From Candidatus Falkowbacteria bacterium (lineage in GTDB: Bacteria; Patescibacteriota; Patescibacteriia; UBA11705; JABHMO01), in contig JACRNX010000031.1 of NCBI GenBank assembly GCA_016214755.1, forward strand, positions 18,020 to 82,019: 64,000 bases of DNA, given 5' to 3'. The translations under genes and the position numbers were made by a program. Position 1 is the first letter of the stretch, and each line of letters starts with the position of its first letter. Shown one piece after another: positions 1 through 8,562 of this stretch. Under the pieces are notes generated by a model. The model had not been told where the DNA came from. It did no database searches and saw only the letters and a program-made list of their open reading frames with translations.

Positions 1-589
1 CTGATTTTTGAATTTGCTTAATTAAACGTTTTGTAAAATGCAAACTGGCTGTTGGCGCCGCGGAAGAACCAGTAAATTTAGCGAAGACACTCTGATATTG
101 TCTTTTTAGTTTTATCTGTTTTTCCCTTGATAGGATATATGGGGGTAAGGGCACAAGACCAATTTTGTCTAAAATTGAATAAAAAGACAACTGTTTGCCG
201 TTAAATCGCAATAACCATGTTTTTGCTGACAACTTTCTTATCAGCATTGCTTCCAATTCCCTCTTAAAACGCAATTTTAGGCCTGATTTAGGGTTCCTGC
301 ATTTGAGTAAACTCTCCCAATTATTATCCTCGAATTTACGCAATAAGAGGATTTCCGCTTTACCGCCGCTTTCTTTTTGTCCAAGTAAACGCGCGGGAAA
401 TACTTTGCTGTTATTAAAAACCAGAACATCGTTCGGCGTCAGATATTTAGTCAGATGAAAGAATTTATCGTGGATAATTTTATTACTTTTTTTATCGAAA
501 ATCATCAGCCGCGAATGATCGCGCGGTTTGGTGGGCGTTTGGGCGATTGATGATTTTAACAGAGCGTAGTCAAAAAGGGATAATTTCAT
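1..589 (-). CDS. queA: S-adenosylmethionine:tRNA ribosyltransferase-isomerase QueA (N-terminal part; C-terminus runs off the window start)
   Basis: Minus-strand ORF starts at ATG 589..587 (MKLSLFDYALLKSSIAQTPTKPRDHSRLMIF...) and stays open to position 1, so it is absent from the complete-ORF track. It contains QueA hallmark motifs: RDxSRL near the N-terminus, VFNNSKVFPARL, GLVPLPPYI, and YQSVFAKFTGSSAAPTASLHFT. Confidence 0.85.
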   Translation of the reverse strand, partial: MKLSLFDYALLKSSIAQTPTKPRDHSRLMIFDKKSNKIIHDKFFHLTKYLTPNDVLVFNNSKVFPARLLGQKESGGKAEILLLRKFEDNNWESLLKCRNPKSGLKLRFKRELEAMLIRKLSAKTWLLRFNGKQLSFYSILDKIGLVPLPPYILSREKQIKLKRQYQSVFAKFTGSSAAPTASLHFTKRLIKQIQKS

Positions 590-635
590 AATTTGTCTAA
601 ACGTAGGGACAGGGCATTGCCCTGTCCTATTGTTA

Positions 636-1118
636 TTACAATTCGTTAATTGTCTTTATGATATTTTTCGCTGACAGACGATCATCGTATTTTTTTCCGA
701 CATAAGAATAAAGTAATTTTTGCCGTTTGTCTATCATGAAAATTGAAGGTTTGGCAACGATTTTATTTTTATATTTGGTCTTTATGTTAAAGTATTTAAT
801 CAGCTCCATTTTTTCGTCCGCGATAACGGGAAAATTTAATTTTAAAAAACTCTTCAACAGGCTAGACTTTAGTTTATCGTCATTTGACACGGCCATAACG
901 CAAAAACTCGCTGTTTGAATTTTTTTTAAATAGCGCTGAACGTCAGCTAATTGTTTTTTGCAATGCTGGCACCAGGCGCCGCGGAAAAAAATCAACAGGA
1001 GATTTTTATTTTTTTGAAAATCTGTCAGCTTGAATTTTTCTCCGTTATTATTTTCAAGAATAAAATTTTTAATTGCTTTCATATCAACAGCATTTATCCC
1101 AGTTAATAATGGTGCCAA
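636..1118 (-). CDS. thioredoxin-fold redoxin, AhpC/TSA family (peroxiredoxin or thiol-disulfide oxidoreductase)
   Basis: FFRGAWCQHC carries the CxxC redox motif typical of AhpC/TSA/redoxin proteins. The true start is probably the internal Met at 1082..1080 (MKAIKNF...), which sits 1 nt after the stop of an upstream small ORF (TGA-N-ATG coupling). Confidence 0.6.
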   Translation of the reverse strand: MAPLLTGINAVDMKAIKNFILENNNGEKFKLTDFQKNKNLLLIFFRGAWCQHCKKQLADVQRYLKKIQTASFCVMAVSNDDKLKSSLLKSFLKLNFPVIADEKMELIKYFNIKTKYKNKIVAKPSIFMIDKRQKLLYSYVGKKYDDRLSAKNIIKTINEL

Positions 1119-1242
1119 GTTTTTCTATCTTCTCTTCGTATAATTTAACGCATTTTTCAGAACAAAAATGCACCTCGTATTTTTCAACTAATTCAATGTT
1201 GGTTATCTTTTGTTCACAGATTATGCATTTTTTTATTTTCAT
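1084..1242 (-). CDS. small Cys-rich TRASH/YHS-like zinc-ribbon protein (52 aa), not in the ORF track
   Basis: Own translation of the minus strand: MKIKKCIICEQKITNIELVEKYEVHFCSEKCVKLYEEKIEKLGTIINWDKCC. It has a C-x2-C ... HFCS-x2-C spacing like TRASH/YHS metal-binding domains. Its stop is 1 nt before the internal ATG of the redoxin gene. Confidence 0.35.
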   Translation of the reverse strand: MKIKKCIICEQKITNIELVEKYEVHFCSEKCVKLYEEKIEKLGTIINWDKCC

Positions 1243-1360
1243 AAGATTCAGGATTAAAGTTATAATACAAGATGTACAGATTTATACTGATTTACGGATG
1301 AGGGCGAGAAGATAAGGGATATACTAATATAAAAATAAAAATTTAAATTCGTTTGTGTTT

Positions 1361-1388
1361 ATTATAGCAGATTTGATGGAATTTTCAA
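1361..1388 (-). promoter_or_regulatory. candidate sigma70-type promoter (minus strand): -35 TTGAAA (1388..1383), 16-nt spacer, -10 TATAAT (1366..1361)
   Basis: Read directly from the reverse complement. Lies just downstream of the terminator hairpin and upstream of the small ORF and redoxin pair. Confidence 0.3.
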
Positions 1389-1395
1389 GCATAAC

Positions 1396-1434
1396 AAAAG
1401 AGTCCCGTTTCCGCGGGACTCTTTTTATCTTTTT
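1396..1434. terminator. bidirectional rho-independent terminator
   Basis: Perfect 12-bp stem aaaagagtcccg / cgggactctttt with a 6-nt loop. T-runs follow on the plus strand and a U-rich tail follows on the minus strand. It lies directly 3' of the stop of the minus-strand gene 1438..2580. Confidence 0.65.
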
Positions 1435-1437
1435 CAA

Positions 1438-2580
1438 CTATTTCTTGACTCCTGAATACGCGATTGCTCTCACGATCGCCCATTGATTCGAAGTACTTGG
1501 GTTCTTGCCATAGGTGGCTTTGAATTTGGATATGCCTGCTTTTTCTTTCGTTAAGTCTCTACTTACCGCTCTCAACTTATAAGCAATATAAGCGACACCA
1601 AGTTCATCTGCCGCGTTCTTCAGATTCGCCGATCTCTTAAAGACCTTAGTGAAGTCTTTAAGCGCGGCTGCTTCAGCTTTCGCGGATTTTTCAGCCGGCT
1701 TCTTACTGGACAAGATAGAATTCAATGTTGTCCAATCTTTTTCTGTCTTTGGCACGCCGCCATAAATTTCTTTATAATCCGCTAACACGCCTTTTCTATC
1801 ATTTACCGACAGCTTTCCAGACGCGCTTGTTCCATAGGCCACAAAATGTACTACTTTCCATCCATCACTGCTTGGCAGTGATTGAGTCAATTTCATGTAA
1901 GTTGTTAGGCCTTCTTTTTCTTTCGATACGTCTTTTACTGCTGGCGCGACTGGCACAACTTGTGCCGGAGCAACCGTAGTCGTAGTTGTCGTCGTCGTGG
2001 TCGTCGTGGTCGTCGTGGTTGCCGTCGGAGTTGTCGCCGGCGACGTTGTTGATGTGCCGCCGCCACTGCCGCCCGTGCCGCCGCCGCTTGATGACGCGAT
2101 TGTGAACGTCGCGTTGCTTGGCGTTGGCGTGTAACCTTCGCCGCCTAATGTTCGAACAGATACTGTCGCTGTCGCCGCCGCTGAGCCAGTAGTATAAGCG
2201 TATGTCCACGTTGTTCCACTACCACTCATATATGTAAAGTCGAGCGCGGTAGTAGACCCTTCAACAACTTTTAATTCTGGTGTTGCCGCTGGCGCTGAAC
2301 CGAATGTGGCAGTAATCGTCATGGCGGTAGATGGCGTAACTGAACAGCTTGACGTACAACTGCTATACATTAGCGCGACCGTCGGGCTTGCTTCTGTCCA
2401 ATAGCCGTATCCGTAGCCATATGCGCCGGTTGAATCATAACCATAACCATAACCATCGTTTTGTGTCGCGTACGCTGTTATGTCTGATAGCAAGACAGTT
2501 GATAATACTAAAATTAGGACAAATAATAGTTTGCTTAATTTTTGATTATCTCGTAAAAACAATTTAATCATTTTTTTCAT
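1438..2580 (-). CDS. secreted or cell-surface repeat protein (signal peptide, GYGYGY repeats, long poly-Thr linker, C-terminal globular domain); function unknown
   Basis: N-terminus is Lys-rich followed by a hydrophobic core and an AYA-TQ signal-peptidase-like site. Then YGYGY repeats and a beta-rich Ser/Thr/Ala domain. A tract of about 15 consecutive Thr is flanked by TSTTSPATTPTA. RBS-like aaagga lies about 10 nt upstream of the ATG. Confidence 0.55.
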   Translation of the reverse strand: MKKMIKLFLRDNQKLSKLLFVLILVLSTVLLSDITAYATQNDGYGYGYDSTGAYGYGYGYWTEASPTVALMYSSCTSSCSVTPSTAMTITATFGSAPAATPELKVVEGSTTALDFTYMSGSGTTWTYAYTTGSAAATATVSVRTLGGEGYTPTPSNATFTIASSSGGGTGGSGGGTSTTSPATTPTATTTTTTTTTTTTTTTVAPAQVVPVAPAVKDVSKEKEGLTTYMKLTQSLPSSDGWKVVHFVAYGTSASGKLSVNDRKGVLADYKEIYGGVPKTEKDWTTLNSILSSKKPAEKSAKAEAAALKDFTKVFKRSANLKNAADELGVAYIAYKLRAVSRDLTKEKAGISKFKATYGKNPSTSNQWAIVRAIAYSGVKK

Positions 2581-2726
2581 CTTAATATTCCTTTCACGAT
2601 ATTTCCCAACTTTATACCAGCCGACCTTTGTTTAACTGGTTATGATTTTATGAACTAATCTATTTTCTTAAGAATTTGGCCCAAACAGATTAATTCATTA
2701 CAGTTGGTTTAATTATTTATGTTTTA

Positions 2727-2735
2727 ATTATAGCA
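2727..2735 (-). promoter_or_regulatory. candidate extended -10 promoter (TGcTATAAT on minus strand) for the surface-protein gene
   Basis: The reverse complement reads tgcTATAAT about 145 nt upstream of the ATG at 2580. The -35 is weak. Purely sequence-based. Confidence 0.25.
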
Positions 2736-2802
2736 CAATTTTTTGTTTCGCGCTCCTGCGTTAACCATTCGCCTGTGGATAAAGTTAAAATTAAATTTTT
2801 AG

Positions 2803-2841
2803 AACTTAAAAATCGTTATATGCAATAACGATTTTTAAGTT
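2803..2841. repeat. 17-bp perfect inverted repeat with 5-nt spacer (aacttaaaaatcgttat-atgca-ataacgatttttaagtt); candidate terminator of the glycan locus or an operator site
   Basis: Seen directly. Located 24 nt 3' of the stop of the last locus gene (2865) and upstream of the promoter-like region for the surface-protein gene. Confidence 0.4.
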
Positions 2842-2864
2842 ATTCGACAAAATTCACTCGTCAA

Positions 2865-3851
2865 TCAGGCGTTTTTCAGTTTATGTTTGTATTTTTGGAA
2901 ATATTCAACGGCAAAAGCAGTTAAAAGTCCAAGAATGACGGCTAAACTAAAAGCGGCGATTACATTTCTTCGGCGGTTCGGCGCGATTTTCGCTTTCGGA
3001 GCGATTGGCGCGATTTCTATTTTTGTCTGATTTGTTTCATATTGCTTTTCAAATTCTTTTTGCTGCAACGCTTGATCATTGAGCGAAAGGGCCAGGTTTA
3101 ATTTTGAAATCTCAAATAAAATGCCTTCTTTTTCGGTTTTTAAGGAGGCGACTAGATTAATGTAGCTCTCCACTATTCGGCCCTGCGCTTCTGATTGGGC
3201 GTTGTCTTTTTCTTGAATTTTTGTTTCGTATTTAATAATATCTTTTTCAATTCGTTTTATCACCTCGTTAAGAGCTTTAATGTCAGCTAATGTTTTTTCC
3301 CTGTCTTCCTTTATTAAAATTATTTCGGTTTCAAAAGTTTTTTTGGCGGTGGAAAACAGCTTATCGTGCCGGTCAAAAAGGATTCCGATTATGGCGTTAG
3401 TGTTCTTAACGGCGATTTCCGGCGTCTTGCCTCGGCCTTTTATCATAAGGAAATCCGCGCCTTTGTCTTTTTCAATAGTAAAAAAATTCTTTGCCGTCGA
3501 GTAATCAGATCCTTCCAGCAGTGAGAGCGCCGACGCGATCTGTTTTAAGTATTCATCGCTGTTAAATATTGAAGTAATTTCATTAAAGGTCTCAATAGGT
3601 TTGTTTTTATAGCGTCCAATATAAATTAACGCCCGAGCTTCATAAGTCGAGGGCAGAAGCAGATTAAAAATTATCGCGGCAACCGTGATGATTAGGACGA
3701 TAGAGCCAATAATTATTTTTCTTTTGAGAATTATTTTAATGTAATCCATCAAAATTATGTTATCACTCTCTACCTTTTCTTGATTTTTGATTATTAGCTT
3801 GTCCGCTTCCGGCGACAGCGCTGGTTGATTTGATTCATTTAGGTTTTCCAT
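2865..3851 (-). CDS. polysaccharide co-polymerase / chain-length determinant (Wzz-like)
   Basis: N-terminal TM helix (IIIGSIVLIITVAAIIF), a long coiled-coil-rich soluble region and a C-terminal TM helix (VIAAFSLAVILGLLTAFAV). This is the classic PCP/Wzz topology. It is the last gene of the glycan locus. Confidence 0.55.
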   Translation of the reverse strand: MENLNESNQPALSPEADKLIIKNQEKVESDNIILMDYIKIILKRKIIIGSIVLIITVAAIIFNLLLPSTYEARALIYIGRYKNKPIETFNEITSIFNSDEYLKQIASALSLLEGSDYSTAKNFFTIEKDKGADFLMIKGRGKTPEIAVKNTNAIIGILFDRHDKLFSTAKKTFETEIILIKEDREKTLADIKALNEVIKRIEKDIIKYETKIQEKDNAQSEAQGRIVESYINLVASLKTEKEGILFEISKLNLALSLNDQALQQKEFEKQYETNQTKIEIAPIAPKAKIAPNRRRNVIAAFSLAVILGLLTAFAVEYFQKYKHKLKNA

Positions 3852-3859
3852 AAGCCGTT

Positions 3860-4591
3860 TTAATTAAATAATTTAATTTTATAATAAATAATTCCAATAT
3901 ATTCATGAATGGCAATGGCTGATATTTCAAGATTTTCTGCCGACGGAATTAAATCTAAGACGTTGAATCCGCTTTTTGTTTTATAATCAGAGACCGCGGC
4001 TATTGGTTGAGTATTGAAAGCTCGAAAGGCCATCATCGCTCGGGGCATGTGATAAGCAGAGGTTAACAAAAAAAACGGGTTTTGTCCAATCGCTGGCGCC
4101 AGGTTCCGCGCGCTCTCAAAAGTATTCCTTGATTGTTCGTCCAGTTGAATATACTCAGGTTCTATGCCCACCATTTTAAGCCAGTCGCAGAACTCCGTCA
4201 ATTCATCGTTTTCAGTATCGAACGGGCTTACTCCTGAAATAATGATTTGCACTGTTTGATTGTTTTTTTTATAAAAATTATATAAGCTTAATAATTTTTC
4301 CGCTCGCAATAAATCATTCTCATAGCCGCCGGTCAGAAAGACAATAGTTATTTTATCCTGACTAATATTTTCCTCGCTGATTGGTGGATAATATTTTTCC
4401 AAGGGTGAGATGATGGCCATGGCTATAGGCGTCGTGCTGAACAGATAATATAAAATGGCAACGATTATCAACAAGATTTTTCCTCGCCCGCGCGTTTTTT
4501 CCTTAAAGTTAAGAATTATCGCAATTATCAGGAAAACAAATATAAAAACAATCGGATTCAAAATTTGTTGGATGAGTTTTATGGCCGTCAT
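3860..4591 (-). CDS. DUF218 (YdcF/ElyC/SanA-like) membrane-anchored protein
   Basis: N-terminal TM helices plus the LTSAYHMPRA motif characteristic of DUF218. Confidence 0.55.
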   Translation of the reverse strand: MTAIKLIQQILNPIVFIFVFLIIAIILNFKEKTRGRGKILLIIVAILYYLFSTTPIAMAIISPLEKYYPPISEENISQDKITIVFLTGGYENDLLRAEKLLSLYNFYKKNNQTVQIIISGVSPFDTENDELTEFCDWLKMVGIEPEYIQLDEQSRNTFESARNLAPAIGQNPFFLLTSAYHMPRAMMAFRAFNTQPIAAVSDYKTKSGFNVLDLIPSAENLEISAIAIHEYIGIIYYKIKLFN

Positions 4592-6459
4592 TTTATCATG
4601 CTTAAGTTTGCGTTTGGTATGATTTCCTGAATCAGCTGGATTATCTTATTTTTTTCATTGGCCTCGGCCGCGTTTTTTAATTCGAAAAGTTGTCTCATGA
4701 ACATGTCATCGCCGACTGATTCAAATTTAGAAATGTAAATGCGGTTGTGTTTTGTCGGGCATTCTTCTTTAGTTAAAATTTCTTCAAATAATTTTTCGCC
4801 CGGCCGAATACCGGTAAAAACAATAGGAATGTCAATGTCTGGCTGGTATCCGGCGAGGCGAATCATCTCTTTCGCCAAATCAACAATTTTTATCGGCTCT
4901 CCCATATCCAAAACGAAAATTTCTCCGCCCTCGCCGAGAGCGCTGGCTTGCATTACCAAAAGGCAGGCCTCTTCGGTTACCATGAAGTATCTTTTCATTT
5001 CAGGATGGGTGATTTCAACAGGACCGCCCTTTTTTATTTGATTTTTAAAAATTCCAACGACATTGCCTTGGCTGTCAAGGACATTGCCGAATCGAACGGC
5101 GCAAAATTTCGTTATCCCCTTTTTATCAAGCGAAGTACAAACCATTTCCGCTACTCTTTTACTCGCGCCCATCATTGAAGTCGGATTAATCGCTTTATCG
5201 GTTGATATAAAAACAAATTTTTCCACATTGCTCTTTATCGCCTCCTCGGCCAAAATTAACGTACCAAAAATATTATTCTTTACCGCCTCATCCGGATGAT
5301 CTTCCATCAAGGGAACGTGCTTGTAAGCGGCCGCGTGAAAAACCACCTGCGGTTTATATTGATTTAAAATTGACGCCACTTTATTTCTGTCACCAATATC
5401 GCCGACGATAAATTTTTTATTGATATCCGGATATTGGGTTTTTAGTTCTGTCCAAAGATAAAAGCTTCCGGTTTCGTTATTATCAAGTGAAATTATAAAG
5501 TTTGGTTTAAATTTTAATAATTGCCGATAAAGATGCGAACCAATGGAGCCGGCGCCACCGGTGATAAGGACGTTCTTTCCTTTAATGAAATTATTTATCA
5601 TTTCAGTGTCAATTTCAACTTTGTCGCGGCCTAACAAATCATCAATTTGTATGTCGCGCAAATTGCTAAGCGTGACTTTATCATTCAGCAACTCGTCCGT
5701 GCCGGGAAGGATTTTTATGCTTTTTATTCCCGCTTCGCGCGCGATTTCAACCGCTCGGCAGATAATTTCTTTCGGCGCGGAAGGAGCGGCGATGATAAAT
5801 TCGTTAATGTTATATTTTTGATTGATTTTCGGCACTAAAGATAAATTTCCGATGACTTTTATCCCATGAATCAAAACCCCGCGTTTCATCGGGTTATCGT
5901 CAATTAGCCCGATTAGCTGATGACTGTTATGGCTTAACATGTAGCGAACAAGCTGCTCGCCGGCTTCGCCGGCGCCGAAAATAAGCGCTTTGTTTTTATC
6001 GCCGTTAAGCGGAACATGCTTCAATCCATGAATGTAAATTCTTTTGGCAAAACGCAAGCCACTAAGCATGATCAACGCCAGCAAACCGCTGATAAAAATA
6101 ATTGACCTTGGAAAACCGATGAACGTTTGATAATCTCGCAAAAGAAAAAGCGCGGCGCCAATTATCAGAAATCCAAGTGTTACCGCCCGCAATAAACGCA
6201 ATAATTCCTTCACGCTGACAAACGACCATGATATGTAATACAACCGCTCTCGCCATAGCAGAAAAATTATTATCGGAGCGGATAATAAAATAAAATATCC
6301 AATCATCGGATAATATTTTGGGATTATCTTGCCGTCAAAACGCAAAATAAAACCAAACAAGCAAGAAGCTGATATTATAAAAAAATCAGCTAACAAGAAA
6401 AACGCGGTTCTCTTCGCGGTTGTTCTTTGAAAAAGCCATTTCAGTGCCTTTTTTAACAT
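4588..6459 (-). CDS. membrane-anchored nucleotide-sugar 4,6-dehydratase, CapD/PglF/WbpM family (Polysacc_synt_2)
   Basis: Four N-terminal TM helices, then a Rossmann domain with LITGGAGSIGSHL and a second NAD-binding-like region. 623 aa, typical of the PglF/WbpM/CapD family. Confidence 0.8.
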   Translation of the reverse strand: MLKKALKWLFQRTTAKRTAFFLLADFFIISASCLFGFILRFDGKIIPKYYPMIGYFILLSAPIIIFLLWRERLYYISWSFVSVKELLRLLRAVTLGFLIIGAALFLLRDYQTFIGFPRSIIFISGLLALIMLSGLRFAKRIYIHGLKHVPLNGDKNKALIFGAGEAGEQLVRYMLSHNSHQLIGLIDDNPMKRGVLIHGIKVIGNLSLVPKINQKYNINEFIIAAPSAPKEIICRAVEIAREAGIKSIKILPGTDELLNDKVTLSNLRDIQIDDLLGRDKVEIDTEMINNFIKGKNVLITGGAGSIGSHLYRQLLKFKPNFIISLDNNETGSFYLWTELKTQYPDINKKFIVGDIGDRNKVASILNQYKPQVVFHAAAYKHVPLMEDHPDEAVKNNIFGTLILAEEAIKSNVEKFVFISTDKAINPTSMMGASKRVAEMVCTSLDKKGITKFCAVRFGNVLDSQGNVVGIFKNQIKKGGPVEITHPEMKRYFMVTEEACLLVMQASALGEGGEIFVLDMGEPIKIVDLAKEMIRLAGYQPDIDIPIVFTGIRPGEKLFEEILTKEECPTKHNRIYISKFESVGDDMFMRQLFELKNAAEANEKNKIIQLIQEIIPNANLSMIK

Positions 6460-6480
6460 AATGAAATGAATCTGTATAAA

Positions 6481-6924
6481 TTAATTGCTTTTTATCTTGA
6501 GTTTATAACTAAAAATATTTCCAATTATCGTTAAAATATTGATAATAGCAATGATTATAATTACTCTAGTAGCGCTTAGCTCTATTTTGAGGAAACGAAG
6601 AATAACCAAAGAAAGGACAACAACGCAAATTGACAGAAAAAGGCTAAATATTTGCCGCTCCATCGAATCAAGAGAGGTTATTTTGAAATCAGATTGGCCA
6701 TCACGAGCGAAAGAACGCGTCTCCGGAAAAAACATGAAACTGACGTTCAGTCCTGGAAAATATAAAGTAAAAAAGCCGCCGATGGCAATCGTTAAGGCGA
6801 CGACAAAATCGTACCAAGCCATAAGAAATATGACCATTGTTATGATAGATAATAAAATTATTATTATTTGACTTTGAAATTTATGCCAATCCAATTTTAT
6901 CATAATGATGGCGTGAATTTCCAA
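6481..6924 (-). CDS. small 4-TM membrane protein (possibly GtrA-like)
   Basis: 147 aa with four predicted hydrophobic helices. Overlaps the upstream gene by 25 nt. The GtrA assignment is only from size, topology and context, next to a GT-C-like protein. Confidence 0.3.
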   Translation of the reverse strand: MEIHAIIMIKLDWHKFQSQIIIILLSIITMVIFLMAWYDFVVALTIAIGGFFTLYFPGLNVSFMFFPETRSFARDGQSDFKITSLDSMERQIFSLFLSICVVVLSLVILRFLKIELSATRVIIIIAIINILTIIGNIFSYKLKIKSN

Positions 6925-8549
6925 ACATGCGGGCTGATATTAATGAATTTTTCGTTTTTTTCAATAAAAATTTGGAAAGGAAACCCTTGTTGCTGTTTTG
7001 CGCCGATAAAAAAATAGGTGGGGCTTGCAAAGGTTGAATTTATCATTTCCATTTTTGCTTCTTCATCACTGCCCCTCCAAAATTCCATCCAGCTATCATA
7101 TCCCCAAGGGTCTGGTCCCCAGCCAGGTCCATAGCTTTTCCGTCCGCCGAAGCCGTAAATCCAGGGAGTATAAAAGCTATTTGTCGCGATAATGAACGCG
7201 TCGGATTCCGCCGTCATTGATAAACTTTTTATTTCCTGAAGTTCTTCCGGCGGAATTTGCGGTTGTTTTTTCCAGGCCATAGCGCCAACGTTATAAAAAG
7301 CGCACGCAAGAAAAAGGAACATAATAATTTTTATAATTTTATCATTGGCGAAGCGGCTTATCAACAAATATAAAACAGGCGTGGCGAATATAATAATGAA
7401 TAAATCTAAAATAATCATGAAACGCTGTTGATAGATAACGGGGAAAATTACTAAGGGAAGCAAAATAAAAAACGAAACGTAAAGGAAAATAATGAACGAA
7501 CGCGAAACGTTGTCAGTGTTAAACGCCAATTTCCACAAAGACGGTTTAAGAAGTCCATAGACCGTGAAAGGCAATAGAACGATACTGGTAACGCTTAACG
7601 TTGAAACAGATAGAAACGCGCCCTTAAAGCGCACGATTTCCCAAAATGGAAACGTATTATATAATCCTTTGTGTTCAATAATATATTCATTGAAATATTG
7701 CCACAAAAGTGCGCCCTTAAAAACGATAATAATGATTGACAGGCAGGCGCCGATTATAAAAAGTTTAATCAGATAGCTATTGATTTCTTTTTTACGCGCG
7801 AAACAGTAGACGATATTTATCAACGAAAAAACGAAAAAGGACAACGCGAATAAGCCGAAAGTCGGCAAATGAAAAAGAAATCCGGCCGCGCCGGTAAAAA
7901 TAGCCAAAAGCGGATGGCGAAAGAGCAAAGCGATAGTGATTAACAGGAAAGCCGTGGCGATCATTTGTTGCCCTAACATCCACCAATAAGCGTAAAATTG
8001 CAGAGCGGAAATTGAAAACAGAAAAATCGCGATTGCCGCCAGCGCCGAGCTGTCTTTGGTTTTTGTCGAACGAAACAATATGTAAAGTCCGCCAGCGATA
8101 AGCAGTTGCGAAATCACATAAATGAAAGAAATAGCGTGTAGCGGCGAAAGTCCGAATATGTGCAATGGCACTAGATTTAAATAATAAGCGGATGAGGAGA
8201 GGAACGAGGAGTCGTTCACGTAAAAATTACGGAGATAAAATCCCGTGTCATAACCGAGCGGCGCTTCTCCAAACTGATAGAATGGAATTAATCGCGTAAT
8301 CAAAATGAAAATAAATGAGAATAACATCAAATATCCCCAGAGCGCCGTCTGTTTGTTTTCCGTTCGATTTTTATTGTCCGTCCGCCGGAGCAAAAAGTTA
8401 ATCGTAAAGAAAAGCAACAGAAAATACGCGAAGAACAATAGTTGCCTATTCCAAGCGAGTTCGCTCGGCCGTAAAAGCACGCCGATAAACACGTATATTA
8501 TAAACTGCCATTGTTGTCGGATCGCGGTTAGCCATTGGCGCAAACGCAT
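6900..8549 (-). CDS. large polytopic membrane protein with C-terminal soluble domain (GT-C-like glycosyltransferase candidate)
   Basis: About 12 hydrophobic helices followed by a 110-aa Trp/Gly-rich soluble tail. The architecture resembles ArnT/PMT-type GT-C enzymes. No motif could be confirmed by eye. Confidence 0.35.
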   Translation of the reverse strand: MRLRQWLTAIRQQWQFIIYVFIGVLLRPSELAWNRQLLFFAYFLLLFFTINFLLRRTDNKNRTENKQTALWGYLMLFSFIFILITRLIPFYQFGEAPLGYDTGFYLRNFYVNDSSFLSSSAYYLNLVPLHIFGLSPLHAISFIYVISQLLIAGGLYILFRSTKTKDSSALAAIAIFLFSISALQFYAYWWMLGQQMIATAFLLITIALLFRHPLLAIFTGAAGFLFHLPTFGLFALSFFVFSLINIVYCFARKKEINSYLIKLFIIGACLSIIIIVFKGALLWQYFNEYIIEHKGLYNTFPFWEIVRFKGAFLSVSTLSVTSIVLLPFTVYGLLKPSLWKLAFNTDNVSRSFIIFLYVSFFILLPLVIFPVIYQQRFMIILDLFIIIFATPVLYLLISRFANDKIIKIIMFLFLACAFYNVGAMAWKKQPQIPPEELQEIKSLSMTAESDAFIIATNSFYTPWIYGFGGRKSYGPGWGPDPWGYDSWMEFWRGSDEEAKMEMINSTFASPTYFFIGAKQQQGFPFQIFIEKNEKFINISPHVWKFTPSL

Positions 8550-8562
8550 ATAGTAGAATTTT

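Noticed and set aside
195-458. 87-aa plus-strand ORF
   Set aside because: It is antisense to the well-supported queA reading frame, and no motif is present.
1980-2035. Trinucleotide (acg/acc)n tract as a stand-alone microsatellite or CRISPR-like repeat
   Set aside because: It lies in-frame within a CDS and encodes poly-Thr, and there are no spacer/repeat alternation units. It is reported only as a possible slippage-prone coding repeat and not as a separate repeat element.
1865-2209. 114-aa minus-strand ORF (Arg/His/Asp-rich) inside the surface-protein gene
   Set aside because: It is an alternative frame of the same strand across the GC-rich Thr/Gly repeat tract. It is an artefact of repeat composition, and the main frame has a signal peptide and a coherent domain structure.
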